Source: Eledone cirrhosa (taxonomy: Eukaryota). Taken from it: a stretch of DNA of 64,000 nucleotides. Below the pieces are notes generated by a model. The model worked only from the letters and a program-made list of their open reading frames with translations. It ran no database searches and had not been told where the DNA came from. Every line of letters starts with the position of its first letter. The first letter of the stretch is position 1. The stretch lies in the NCBI GenBank assembly GCA_964016885.1, contig OZ024741.1, positions 344,782,001 to 344,846,000 on the forward strand. The letters are read 5' to 3'. Position numbers and translations under genes: made by a program. Below, piece after piece: positions 50,191 through 63,322 of the stretch.

Positions 50191-50384
50191 TAGGGTGGTG
50201 GATTGGCAGTATCGGTAGAGAGTCGGACACCATGCTTTGACGTATAGAGTTACGGTCCTTGCCATTCTGAGTTCAAATCCCGCCGAGGTTAACTTTGCCT
50301 TTCATCTTTACGGTGTTGATAAAATAAAGAACCAGTAATGCACTAAGCAATTGCTGGCCTTGTGCCAAAGTAGAAACAATTATT
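50191..50384 (+). mobile_element. family A SINE
   Basis: A- and B-box-like motifs and body. Confidence 0.85.
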
Positions 50385-50440
50385 ACACACTTCCACCACA
50401 CATAAACACAAATTAACTAACACACATGCAAAACTGGTCC

Positions 50441-50476
<36 letters not shown>

Positions 50477-51349
50477 TGTTACAGCTCATTATCTATGCAT
50501 GACTTATTCCAACATGGTGTTTACTGTCCGACATTTAATATGATGATGATACAAACAGTCTGGACATCTTTAAAATACCACTGGACAAAATTGTGTAGGA
50601 GAAGGAGGCAGACAGAGGGAGAGAGAGAGAGAGGGGTGAGTTTGTGTGTCCGTGTGTGTATGTAGAATAGATGCATGCACACACTAGCTCTATCTATATC
50701 AGTATACCTATATATGATGGCTGCAACTCGATTCCGAGTAATGCCATCGCTAAATCAAAAACAAAAATATATGTGTCATCATCATCATCATCATTGTTTA
50801 ATGTCCATCTTCCACGCTAGAATGGGCTAGATGGAAATTGTCCCACTTGAGGCAAGATTGATCAGGTGACCGTGTCTCACTCGTGTAGGATTGTGTGTGT
50901 GTGTATATATATATATAAGTATGTATATATATATATACGTGTGTGTGTATATATATAAGTATGTATATATATATATATAAGTATATATATATATATAAGT
51001 ATATATATATATATACGTGTGTGTGTGTATATATATATATTATATTATGGCATCTTGTTCTCTGAGTTACTTAATACTAATGAAAAGTGAAACCAGATAT
51101 AAGTACCAACCCGATGAGTCTGATGACTTAGGACAGATTTTCACTGTTTTTTAAACTAAATTTGTTAATTATTTCACTACTAAGATAATAATTTAACATA
51201 TGGTTCTTATATAAATTTATGTTGGAAGATTTTTAATTCAAATCAAAACCATTTAAAATAGATGACTTTGTATGATATCACTGGCCAGTTTTTGGCCAGT
51301 GATATCAAAAATACACAAGTACCAGTATCATCAGTCAGATTCAAATCTA

Positions 51350-51427
51350 CAGGATGTCCCCCAGAAATATATACACACTTCAACAGCAATCTAATAAATA
51401 TTGTATACATTTTGGGGAAACATCCTG
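51350..51427. mobile_element. tiny Tc1/mariner-type MITE
   Basis: TA-CAGGATGTCCCCC...GGGGAAACATCCTG-TA. Confidence 0.65.
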
Positions 51428-52909
51428 TATATTTATGTATAGAATAGCTATTACAGCCTGTGTTAAGAAATACAATTTTAACTCAACTCAAAAGTATTAA
51501 AACTTCTGACACCAAACCACCTGAAACCACCCCAGGTTTTATGATATTACAGCTGATTGTTTTAAGGTGCTTATGCTTATTTTAAAACTTTCTAGCATAA
51601 TGTTTTGTAAGATATTTTTTATTATGTTACAAACTCCAGATTGATTATGAAAAATTTAGTTATCTTACTAAATTCTACAAAACTTTTGATTGTTTTTCAA
51701 AATGAATTAAAACACATTTGCATTGTTTATCATTAGAAATATGGCAACAAAAAGGCTTGTATAATTATTTCTTAAAATACACCTGGAACACATCATAAAG
51801 AAAGAGTTTACTAGAACACTCCACAAATATAGATTTATGGAGCACTAGTTTTTCTCAGATAAACACAATATACACATGTATACAAGTACACACACATACA
51901 TATAAAGGCATTCAAACAGTGAGAATGTTTTTTTTTCGTTTTTTTTTTGTTTTAGTTTTTTTGGCAAGCATAACTTACTTTGATTAACTTAATCAACAGT
52001 CTCTTTTTGAGATGATAGGGTGTAATTTAATTGAAATTTGGTTGCTATTTTTAGCAGGTTCAGAACCACATAGAGAGTTCTCTTTTATCAAATTATAATC
52101 ATCTCTTTCAGATATATCACTTGATGTGACTTGTGAAAGGCAGACACCTTTCTTAAATGCATTCATAATTGAGTCTATTTTATGTTTGCATTTCAAAGAC
52201 ATTCATCCATACATGTACATACATGCATACACATGCATACACATCGATACATACATACATACATACATACATACATACAAACATCTGTCACCCTAGCTAT
52301 ACATGAATCCATCCATATATCCATACATCTATTTATTTATCCATGAATTCAGCAATCCATTCACTCGTCTATCCATCCATCCTTCTATTCAACCCATCAG
52401 CCTGCATTCCAGCCAGTCATACAACCATCAAATTTCATTTACCTCATTCAATTTCATTTGTTTTTATAATTTATTTAAATGATTGGAAGGCCAATTAAAG
52501 GCAGCGTTTTATTCATAAATTTTTCCATCTAAATATTTTCCTTAGTATAATATAAAATCTGTTCTGTTATTTCACTAAAAGACTATGCTTTTTTAAACTT
52601 CGAAACAAACTGTTCTTATATTCACAAATAGGAGAGGGGAAAAGAAAATATATTCCCACAGCTTTTAGGATGACTTCAATTAAAGCTTATGCTTTTTCAA
52701 ACATCGACCATTAACCAACACTAAAAAGTTCCTGCCATGAAATAACACAACAGATCTTATATACACTGATGAGAGTCAGTCAAAATACTGGAAAATTTGT
52801 GAATAAAACACTAATTTAACTTTTATACACATTGTTTGGTCTTCCAATCATTTATTATATCAGCACAATGATTTAAAAAACTGCCTAAAATCTCAATAAT
52901 ATATATTAA

Positions 52910-53130
52910 CCCTTTAACATTTACACTACTCTATATTTATTATTGTATTTTCACAGTAAAGGCTTTATCTCACATACTTATTTCACCTAATATCAAATGT
53001 ATGTGATTTTGATATTATTTATTTTGTGAACAATACCTTAACATCAGTATGAGTAGCCAGTTACAGTCAGTTTGAACAGAAAGAGGTGAAAGAATTTTGG
53101 CTGGATATGGCCAGTTTAAATGCTAAAGGG
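52910..53130. mobile_element. piggyBac-type MITE
   Basis: TTAA-CCCTTTAACATTTA...TAAATGCTAAAGGG-TTAA. Confidence 0.85.
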
Positions 53131-53539
53131 TTAAGTTGTTTTTATTTTAATATCTCCCCTAATTCAATCGTCACCAAAAGTGTTGCAGTCAAATGTCCTT
53201 ATAATTCACTGTCCAATATTTATAGTATACCAGTGACTACATTGTTCCATAATACAAAATGGATTACACCTGTAATTCAAAGGGCCAGCTTTGTCACAGA
53301 CTCTGTCACATTGATCTTGCTTGAAGATTACATTAAAAGTATACATGTCCATGAAATACTCAGCTACTAACACTATGATACAAGATGAACTGTAACTAAT
53401 TCAAATGTCATTCTTGTCATCCTCTATCTCACACTAATTCCTCCTTGAAACTACATTAAGGGTACATGTGGAATACTCAGCCATTTGCTTGAATATCTAG
53501 AATACTCATCAGCAAAACTGATGGAAGTTCCATAGAAAG

Positions 53540-53862
53540 ATCATCATCATTATTTTATGCCTGTAGGGTTGGATTGGTCCTTTCCAACATGTCTCTCCAC
53601 TCATCATGGTCCTTTATCATCTTCACTGTGAGCTTTAGTGATTTGAGATCAGTTCTCACAACTTCTGCCCAAGTCTTCCTTTTTATCCTTCTACTGTAAC
53701 TCCCTTCCACTGAGATTTCTTGGTACTTCTTCACCCAGCATTCATCATCCATACACATCGCATGACCATACCAGTGCAGTCTTCTCTCCTGTACACTATA
53801 TCTGATTCCTCATATATCCAGCTTTTCTCTCAGCTCATCTATGCTCTCTTTCATGTGTTAAC
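53540..53862 (-). pseudogene. older RTE 3' fragment
   Basis: QERRLHWYGH..MDDECWVKK..RKTWAEVV; similar fragment at 60463-60750. Confidence 0.8.
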
Positions 53863-53936
53863 ATCCTCTGAATTGTAATAGATGTTTGTGAAATTAAGAG
53901 TACATGTTCAAATCCTAAAGAAGGAGTTACTGTCTC

Positions 53937-54108
53937 TAGAAAGAACAACTCATTTTCTTAAATTTTGAAAGAATTTAAAAGGTTTTAGTAAAATAATTGA
54001 GGTGACAAATTGGCAGTCATTAGAAAGAACAACTCATTTTCTTAAATTTTGAAAGAATTTAAAAGGTTTTAGTAAAATAATTGAGGTGACAAATTGGCAG
54101 TCATTAGA
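53937..54108. repeat. exact 85-bp tandem duplication
   Basis: TAGAAAGAACAACTCATTTTC at 53937 and 54022. Confidence 0.9.
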
Positions 54109-54719
54109 ACATTGGATGGAATACTTTGTGTTATTTGTTCTGACTCACTGCATTCTAAGTTCAAATCCCATGAAGGTTGATAAATAAAGTACCAGTCCAG
54201 AACTGGGTGTGATTCTTTTTCAATATCTCTTTCTAACTTTCTATCACTTCCTCTCTCTGTCCTTTTCTGTTCACTTTTGTGTCTCCTCTTTTTTCTGGTC
54301 TTAATTTCTTACTCCATCTTGTTTTTTGTTTTTGTATTTCGTCAAATATAACAATATCTATTTCAACACATGATGTCACATCAAGAATCTTGCAAAACGA
54401 ATACATAAACATATCTTACATAAAATTATCCTGGAAGGTTTGAATTCAAATATAAGGAGAAACACTTGGAAACAGAAGGCTCTTTAGCACAGAACCAGCG
54501 GTGGTATTAATACTTGACTGTTAGTTGTAGGATATTTGACTGCTATTTCTAGAAAGCCATACAAACCAGCTAGAGACTCTACTATTGGCTGGTCTTACAG
54601 TAATTATTTTTATTCTCCTATATCTGCAATTCTTAAACTGGATGCCAGGGTGAAATTTTGGGATTCCAGTAAGGAAATTGTGTTTAGGTTAAAACATTCT
54701 TCATTATCTACACTAAAAA

Positions 54720-55598
54720 GGTGGTCGATTGGCAGTATCAGTAGAACATTGGAAAAAATACTTTGTGGTATATAGTTACATCCCTTTACATTCTGAATTC
54801 AAATCCTGCCAGTGTTCACTTTGCCTTCTATCCTTACGAGATCGATAAAATAAAGTACCAGTTAAGTACTGGAGTCAATATAATCGACGTTCATCTTCCC
54901 TTAAATTCCTGGCTTTGTGCCAACATTAGAAACAGCTATTATCTTCACTAAGAGACAGTGGATTGGCAAAGTCGTTTAAGTGCCAGACAAATGTTTTGTA
55001 GTATTTGTTCTGGCTCTTTATTCACTGAGTTCAAATCCTGTCAAAGTCAGCTTTGTCTTCTTTCATCCTTCCAAAGTTTGAAAAAAAAATGTACCTGTCA
55101 AATATTTGTTGTCAATTTAATTGACTTTTCTCTCCCCATAAATTGCTGGCCTTGTGCCTAAATTACAGCATCTGTATTTGTTCCAGCTCTTTACATTCTA
55201 AGTCCAAATCCTGCCGTGGTCAATTTTGCCTTTTGTCCTTCTGAGTTCAAATAATTAAATAAAGTACCAGTCAACTATTAGGGTTTATAAAATAAGATAC
55301 ATGTCAAATATTGGTGTAGATTTAATTAACAAAACCAATTCTCATAAAATTCATGACCTTGCACCTCTGTTAGAAACATTTATTCACATTAATTTGGTAG
55401 AGAGTCGGACAACATACTTAGCGACACAGAGTTACAGCCCTTTACGTTCTGAGTTCAAATCAAGCCAAGATTAGCTTTGCCTTTCATCCTTATGTGGTCG
55501 TTAAAATAAAGTACCATTAATGCACTGGGTCGATTTAATCAACTTTCCCTTTCCAAAAAAATTGTTGGCCTTGTGCCTAAATCAGAAATCATTATTTT
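54720..55598 (+). mobile_element. cluster of four family A SINEs
   Basis: Four B-box/body repeats. Confidence 0.8.
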
Positions 55599-56461
55599 AG
55601 CAAAATTTATTTTCCCTAATGTTGATTTTTAACAATGCTAATGTTAAATAATATAATGTTGTTAATGTTATGTAATAAATCATGGTGTATTATCAGACTA
55701 TACTTTTTCTTATGATATATGAAGATAAAATCAGTATGGCGAACTGGGAAAAGGGGGAAATATCATTGTGGGATAAACTCCAACAGGGATTGACTTTGCC
55801 TTAAAATATATTTTGTGGTCAATAACATAAATACAATTCACGTAGAGTGGTTGATTCAATTGAGCATAGCCTTCCTCATTCCTGTACAAGAGGTGATCGA
55901 TTCAGATGTTGGCCTTTAGTCAAAAATCTGAAATCTATATAGGATTATTGGAAAATGTTGCAACCTCGATATAAGAGCTGGCAATCATTTGGTATATGAC
56001 GAAATAATATTACCACTGCACTGACAAAATAATATTAACACTGCACTGCATGGCACTGCACTATATGTCACAAGATAATGAAGGAGCCACACTAGATGAT
56101 AGCTTAGCCTGCTAGAAAAAGTAGCTAAATATCCTTCACATCACACACTACTGAGTTATGTATGTATGTAAAACACAAGAATGCCCTAGGTGGACCTGCT
56201 GGAAATAGCTGCCAAATCACATAGTTTTTGTGTTATGTGTATATATATGTTTGTATCAGTTTATGAAGGCAACGTCTAAGTGGCAAATAGACATGTTAGA
56301 AAAAGCAGCCAAATTTCACTCACATCATAACTTACTGTCTTATATATGTGTGAGGCAATGAAAGAGTAAATGTATGTATGAATCAATGAACTCTACCTTT
56401 CCATGGTAGCTACACTTGTTAGAAACAGCAGCCAAATCACCCTCAAATCACAACCTACCTT

Positions 56462-56622
56462 CAGCAATTACCCAGTACATTACTGGTACTTTATTTTATC
56501 GACCCCGTAAGGATGAAAGGCAAAGTTAACCTCGGCGGGATTTGAACTAAGAATGGCAAGGGCCGTAACTCTGTGTCAAAGCATGGCGTCCTACCCTCTA
56601 CCGATACTGCCAATCAACCGCC
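56462..56622 (-). mobile_element. family A SINE
   Basis: Reverse-complement body. Confidence 0.85.
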
Positions 56623-56627
56623 AGTTA

Positions 56628-57030
56628 TAATAATAATAATAATTAAATTACTGTGTACAATGCTCAGGTGCACTACAACTCATCAAAGGTGTATGTATAG
56701 TACATAGAATAATGTATAACTGTCAGGAAAGTGAACAGTGTATGAGACATGATATACATTGTGCATGTGTATGGAGGGGGATATGAGGTGTAGTGTTGGT
56801 GAATTTCAGGAAGCATGGAGGTTTTAAAGATGCAGTGTCTCAGTAGCTAACAACTGATGCAGATAGTTTGCTCCATGCTTCAGCAACTCTAAGCGTGAAA
56901 AAATGTTTCCGAAAGTCATGGTAGCTGTGCTGTTTTCTGACTTTGTAGGCATGCCCATGATTGTTAGACACATGGAATTCAAAAAGGTGCTCAGGGTTGT
57001 TGTTGGCAAGATGGTTAATAATTTTGTGGG
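56628..57030 (-). mobile_element. CR1 3' fragment
   Basis: Homologous to 142-525. Confidence 0.8.
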
Positions 57031-57590
57031 TCAGCTGCTAGTCAGTTGTATATCACCACTTCATAATGCTACATTATACACCTCTATTGCACAGTAAACG
57101 CCAATGAGATAGCTTCTACATGATTGTTCAACTTGCTAAAAATATCAGCAAACTCTTCCTCAATTTACACCATTGGGTAAAGTAGTTCTTGATACATTAT
57201 GTTTGAATAAAAGAAATGATGGTAGTGGCTCAAATCACTTTAATCTTAAGTCTAATTGAGCAGGGCTAACCTGGGAATAAACAACAACAGTTATTACACA
57301 TCACTCAGTATTACCCTTTGATTCTTCCCACATTTATAGGAGACTATTTTTTGCTTAACCCATTCCTCAAAAACTATGATTTTTGTTTCTAGCCAAAGAA
57401 TAGTCATCATCATCATCATCATCATCTTTTAACATCCATCTTCCACGTTAGCATGAGTAGGACGGGCTGTTCTTTTGTGAGGGATCAGGTTGGGGAACCG
57501 TGATTTGCTCACACAGTACTGATTTTGGCTTGGTTTCTACACCTGGACGGCAACCACATTTACAGTGTATGTCGGGTGCTTTTTGACGTG

Positions 57591-57912
57591 TCAATATTAA
57601 TGTTGGTATAAAGAATATCAACATTAAAGTTGAAATGATGGAATCCCCAAACATGGGAATTGCTATAAATCATAATAGCTTTAGAAAATCAGGTAAAATA
57701 TCTTTAGGGACAGAAAAAAGTAGCTAGCAGTCACTATGGAGACTCAAATTGTCCCTAAAGATATTTTATTTTCTAAAGCTATTATTATTTATAGTGATTT
57801 CTGCATTTTAATTCAAACAATTCAAATTTCAAATCATCCTTGTGCCTCAGTAAGTCATAAAATTTACCAACATCAACATTTTAACTGCTACACTGCCACT
57901 ATTAATATTGAT
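57591..57912. repeat. imperfect foldback / inverted repeat
   Basis: Inner arms ATAATAGCTTTAGAAAAT..TAAAATATCTTTAGGGACA / TGTCCCTAAAGATATTTTA..TTTTCTAAAGCTATTAT; outer TCAATATTAAT / ATTAATATTGA. Confidence 0.7.
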
Positions 57913-58585
57913 TTCTAATTTAGGCACAAGACCAGCAGATCTAGTGGAAAGTCTTGTACTCTCTGTCACTTAACCCTGAGGAAACAAGTATAACCACCAG
58001 CCTAATGAGTTTCTGGGCTTGAGAGAGACCTTAGACTTTTTTTACATAAATGTGATTCTTTGCCAATGTAAAAATTTGTTTTCATATGTACCCCTATGTC
58101 CTGAATGTAAATGATGTAGGGTATTAAGTTGGCTTTGTCTTCTACCCCTTTCCATGAATAAAATTATTATAATCTACCACTGTAGCCACTATGTGGTTAC
58201 TTGACCTGCAAGAAATATCAACCAAATGTCCCACAAATCACCCCTACCCCACACACATACACCTTCTTGGAAACTGGAAGACACACTGGATAATGTAGCT
58301 CTAAATATGGATATAACTGATTAGTATTGGTAGAGCATTAGACAAGATGCTTTGTGGCATATAGTTATGACCCTTTGTTTTGAGTTCAAATCCCAGCAAG
58401 GTTAGCGTTGCTTTTCATCCTAATGGTGTTGATGAAATAAAGTACCAGTAACCCACTGGGGTGGATTTAATCGACTTTAATCCCTTCAAATTGCTGACCT
58501 TGTGCCAAAAATAAAAACAATTACGTCAACATTATCTACATTTGAATACTTCATTACATGTTATACACTACTATATATTACTATA

Positions 58586-58771
58586 AGGGCGTGAATTGGC
58601 AGTATCGGTAGAGGGTCGGACGCCATGATTTCCAGCATAGTTACGTCCCTTTACGGTCTGAGTTCAAATCCCGTCGAGGTTAACTTTGCCTTTCATCCTT
58701 ACGGAGTCGATAAAATAAAGTACCAGTAATGTACTGGATAATTGCTGGCCTTGTGTCAAAAGTAGAAACAA
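58586..58771 (+). mobile_element. family A SINE with target-site duplication
   Basis: ACTATATATTACTATA on both sides. Confidence 0.9.
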
Positions 58772-59763
58772 CTATATATTACTATACAACATTGTATATG
58801 GAACAAACAATTTATATTACTTTATATCAGTGTTTGTCAATAGGAGGGGCCATAAGAGTGGATTGCGTGAGTAATTTGGGAAGAATTTGATTTTATAGAA
58901 AATATCTTAATCTTTATATTAGGATAATTTGTTTGATTTTGTGGTCACATGTTGAAAAGTGGTAGTGCTGGTGTCACAATATTGTCACATTTTACAGTGT
59001 AGGTTGAGAGCATTTGCTCTCAACCTACACTGTAAAATGGCAGTGCAGGTGCCATTATAAAATGCACCCAGCCCACTGTAATAAAGTACCAGTCAAATGC
59101 TGGGGTTGATTTAATCAACTCTACTCTTCCAAATTTGTCTATATTAAAAATCAATATTTCATCCAAATCATATGCTTCTATAACACAGTTTACATTATGT
59201 ACACAGTTCTCTATCGGAAAATATTATTTATGTCAACAAATCTAAGGTTTGCTTGTCTATTGCTAAGTGTTCCTCCCACAGCCTCATCACCACTACATAA
59301 GAGCTTTTACATGGTTACTTGACCTACTAGAAACAGCAGTTAAATTACTCTCAAGTCATATCCAACTAACTTGAAATGAAAAACACATTTGATAATATAA
59401 TATATATATTATTATATTATATTGAATTATATTATGTTATATTACAGTGAATACTGTAAAGTGTTTGTGCTGATACCATGATAAAATATACTCAGTACAC
59501 TCTGGAAAATGGTTGGAAGAGGTTGTGATTGGTAGATAGCATCAACAATGGAAGGACCAATGGGGAAACATTGTTTCCTTGGTTCGATTTGATGAGTTTC
59601 ACCACACCCAGCAAGCGTAAAAGGTCTGGAATCTTTTTGATCGATTTCTTTTAATAAAATAACCAACATTTTCTTTATTAAGCAGATATTCAGAACATGA
59701 CTGAAGAAAATGTTATATAAAATTTTAATGATAAATATTAAATTAGATACAAACACTTTAAAT

Positions 59764-59927
59764 CAGGCATTGGCAACCTTTTTCGAGCAGTGGGCCACAT
59801 AGGATGTGGTTTATCATAAGGCAGGCCACACTACTAAAAAATTTGAGGCAATTTTGGAATTAGGCGTGCCATTTAGAAAGCCAAATGGGCCACATATGGC
59901 TTGCGGGCCGCAGTTTGCCCATGACTG
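59764..59927. mobile_element. hAT (Charlie-like) MITE
   Basis: TIRs CAGGCATTGGCAA / TTGCCCATGACTG; exact 8-bp TSD CTTTAAAT; GGGCC subterminal motifs. Confidence 0.85.
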
Positions 59928-61016
59928 CTTTAAATCTATTAGAGTGAGACTCCAGTAACTCTTGTGGTGTGTGACCAACTGGCACATTTAATGTTGACTT
60001 AATAGTTTCTTTTGTTTTGATTCTATATTTTCATTACCATAACTAGAACCAGCAAATGATTAACTAAATTTTGTTGTTCGAACTTTATTTGGTATATATT
60101 CAGTTTCATTCACCTTCCTTGTACTCTATTTTTTTGTTTTAATTTCTTCTGATTTTTGTATTTGAAATACTTTAAAATGAGAGTTCTTGTATTATGTATC
60201 TATCTTACAACTTAACTGTACTTTCAGCATATAATGCAGATGATGGATAGGAGTACATCTTTCTTAGATAAGGTGGATATCTATTATAACATATTTCTCT
60301 AATAATCTGATATTTTCACTCAGTATCTAGGTTTAACTGAGATATTTTAGAATCACAATTCCTGTCCTAATATGTAACACAATTCATAGAAAAAGTTCAG
60401 AAATAGAATCAAACTCAGAACCTCTGAAATGGTAAAGTAATGTTTTGACCTCTCACCTACTTCATCATCATCATCATTTTTACATCCGCCTTTCCCTGCT
60501 TGCAAGGGTGGGACAGGTCCTATTCAGCACAGCATCTCTCCATTCATCACGGTCCTTCGTCATCTCCTCCGTGAGCTTCAGCTCTCACCACCTCCACTCA
60601 TGATTTTCTTGGTCTTCCTCTACTGCATCTTCCTTCTACTGGGATGTCTTGGCACTTCTTTACCCAGCAGTCATCCTCCACGCGCATCACATGTCCATAC
60701 CAATGCAGTCTTCTCTCCTGCACACTACAGCTTATCCCTCTTATACACAATTTTTACAAAATTGATAACAAAAAAATAAGAACCAGTGGTGGACAGCAGT
60801 GAAAAAAACTAACACAACCTGCTTGAAAAGCTGCCATGCAAACATTAGACCAGCAAAGCTGCACTTCAAGTGTGGTCAGACATTGTTTTATTGATCATCT
60901 GTTTGGTAGTCCATCTGTGTCTCAACCTCATCAGAATACAATTGATCTTGGCCCCCAATCCAATCAGGTTGGTAGGTGACCAGTTGGCTGACTATAAATG
61001 TAATGTTAAGTATAAT

Positions 61017-61222
61017 GATTTGTGATTTAGGCACAAGGCCAACGATTTTAGTCGATTATATTGACCCCAGTGCATTACTGGTGCTTTATTTTATCAACCC
61101 TATAAGGATGAAAGGCAAAGCTAATCTCGGTGGGATTTGAACTCAGAACGCAAAGGGCCATAACTCTATGTTGCAAAGCATGGTATCGAATGTTCTAACG
61201 ATACTGCCAATTTACCGCCCTT
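61017..61222 (-). mobile_element. family A SINE
   Basis: Full body; TSD ATGTTAAGTATAAT (right copy split by the MITE). Confidence 0.85.
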
Positions 61223-61229
61223 ATGTTAA

Positions 61230-61449
61230 CCCTTTAGCATTTAAACCGGCTGTATCGGCCAGAATTCTCTCATCTCTTTCTATTCAAACCAGCCATAACC
61301 AGCTTTTCATACTTATGTTAAGGTATTGTTCTCAAAATAAATAATATCAAAATCTCATAGATTTGATATTATGTGGGATAATTATGTGAGGAAAAGCCTT
61401 TACCAAGAAAATATAATAGTAAATATAGAGTAATGTAAATACTAAAGGG
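61230..61449. mobile_element. piggyBac-type MITE
   Basis: TTAA-CCCTTTAGCATTTA...TAAATACTAAAGGG-TTAA. Confidence 0.9.
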
Positions 61450-62280
61450 TTAAGTATAATAAATACATGACATTTTCCTATGTCCCAACCAGTGGGTATT
61501 AATGTGCCATATATATCATAATCATATATGTCTGTAGGAGATATCGGCGATTGTCATTCCTGGTCTCTGTTTATTAATAAATAATGATTTTTACTATAGG
61601 CACAAGGCCAGCAATTCTGGGGCAGAGGGGAAGTTGATTAAATTAACCCAGTACATTACTAGTGCTTTATTTTATCAACCCTATAAGGTTGAAAAGCAAA
61701 GCTAACCTCGACGGGATTTGAACTCAGAACGTAAAGAGCCATGACTCTATGCTACAAAGTATGGTGTCTGCTACTCTACCGATCATGCCAATGATCAAGA
61801 ATGACAAGCTATCATTTCTCCAAAGCCCCCTTCCCCGTACGGATCCCCCTTGATAATGGAAGAGAAATCTAAAACATCTTGGTGCTAATAAATTACTAAG
61901 GTAACAATCAGTCATTCTTTTCCTTTTATTTCACTCCTTCTCCCACTTTTTCCCTTCCACCTCACCTCTCTCAATTCCCTTCTGAATTGTTGCCTTGGTA
62001 ATTCAAACATGCCTGCATTGTCCAGGTTCTTAAACATATCCACTTTTTACTTTCATATACCACAATGCTTCAAGAGAACTACAATTCCTTAATATATATA
62101 TTATTATTATCATTATTATTACATACACTTTTCCATATCAGCATAGGTTGGACAGGATGTTTTAAGGCAATATTCTACAGCTGGATGCCCTTCCTGATGC
62201 CAACCCTTTTAGTCACTTCTTAAGACATACAGAGATGCAGTGTATCTATTCTAAATACTAAGATACACACGGCAATATAT

Positions 62281-63071
62281 ATCATCATCATCATCATCAT
62301 CATCGTTTAACGTCCATGTTCCACGCTTGCATGGGTTTGGACGGGAGTTTTCCCACTTGAGGCAAGAGTGGTTGTCATTGCTCGCATAGGACTGTCTGGC
62401 GGGTTTTCTACAGCTGGATGCCCTTCCTAACACCAACCACATTTACAGTGTGGGGCTGGGAGGTTTTTACCCTGTTGCCTACACGGCCACATTACAGCGT
62501 GGACTGTGTGTTTTTTTGTCGTGACACCTACACGATCTCATTTGTTTCGGCCTGGATGTTGTGGCACCAACATAACTTTACATTGAAGGGGGCGGTGTGG
62601 ATGGGGTGGGGGAGGTGGGACGGGGGTGTATTTTGTTAGAGATGCCTACTGACTGTAGTAGGTTTTACTTTGTATTTAGGTAAGGCGGGTCTTCTCTATT
62701 ACTGAGTACCGCCAAAGGTCTCGGTCCAGTGACATTGTCTTAGAGTGGTGTAAGTGTGTGAGGTCGGAATTTATCAGCTCGTCCCAGGTTTTTCTGGGTC
62801 TGCCTACTCCGTGGCTACCGTCTATCTTTATTGCCCTGCACTTTGTTATACAGCTATCGACTTTCATGCGCATCACGTGTCCGTACCAACGTAGCCTTCT
62901 CTCGAGTAAACAACACCTGATCCCTCTTATTTCTAATTTTTTCCTTAGTTCGTTTATGCTTTGCCATTCACGTATATTACTATTACACATCCAGTGGAGC
63001 ATGCAAGCTTCGTTCCTCTCTAGTCTGCGTATATCCTCTGCACACAATGCCCAGGTCTCACTGCCATGCAA
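62281..63071 (-). mobile_element. RTE 3' fragment (second subfamily, coding + UTR)
   Basis: HGSETWAL..RRLRWYGHVMR..GRPRKTW; (GAT)n tail. Confidence 0.9.
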
Positions 63072-63251
63072 TATATATATATATATTTAAAAGTATAAAT
63101 CTGATGCCACGCCAAGCAGTTTCAGCTGAACACAAGCCGAAATCACTTGGCATCACGATTGGAGTTAAACTTTTCTTTTTACTCACCCTGCATCTCCCCA
63201 TGCATTGAGTACTCCTATGATTTGTGGTCTCCCTGGTCTCAGCACTGCATA

Positions 63252-63296
<45 letters not shown>

Positions 63297-63322
63297 TATA
63301 TATATACATATATATATATACA

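Noticed and set aside
51105-51150. CCGATGAGTC..GGAC hammerhead-like string
   Set aside because: No GAAA or stem III after the putative stem II.
52095-52215. Possible exon after TCTCTTTCAG (ISLDVTCERQTPF...)
   Set aside because: Acceptor-like site only; no clear donor or recognisable protein similarity.
53937-54108. Functional meaning of the exact 85-bp duplication
   Set aside because: Could be a simple local duplication or an assembly overlap; nothing else supports function.
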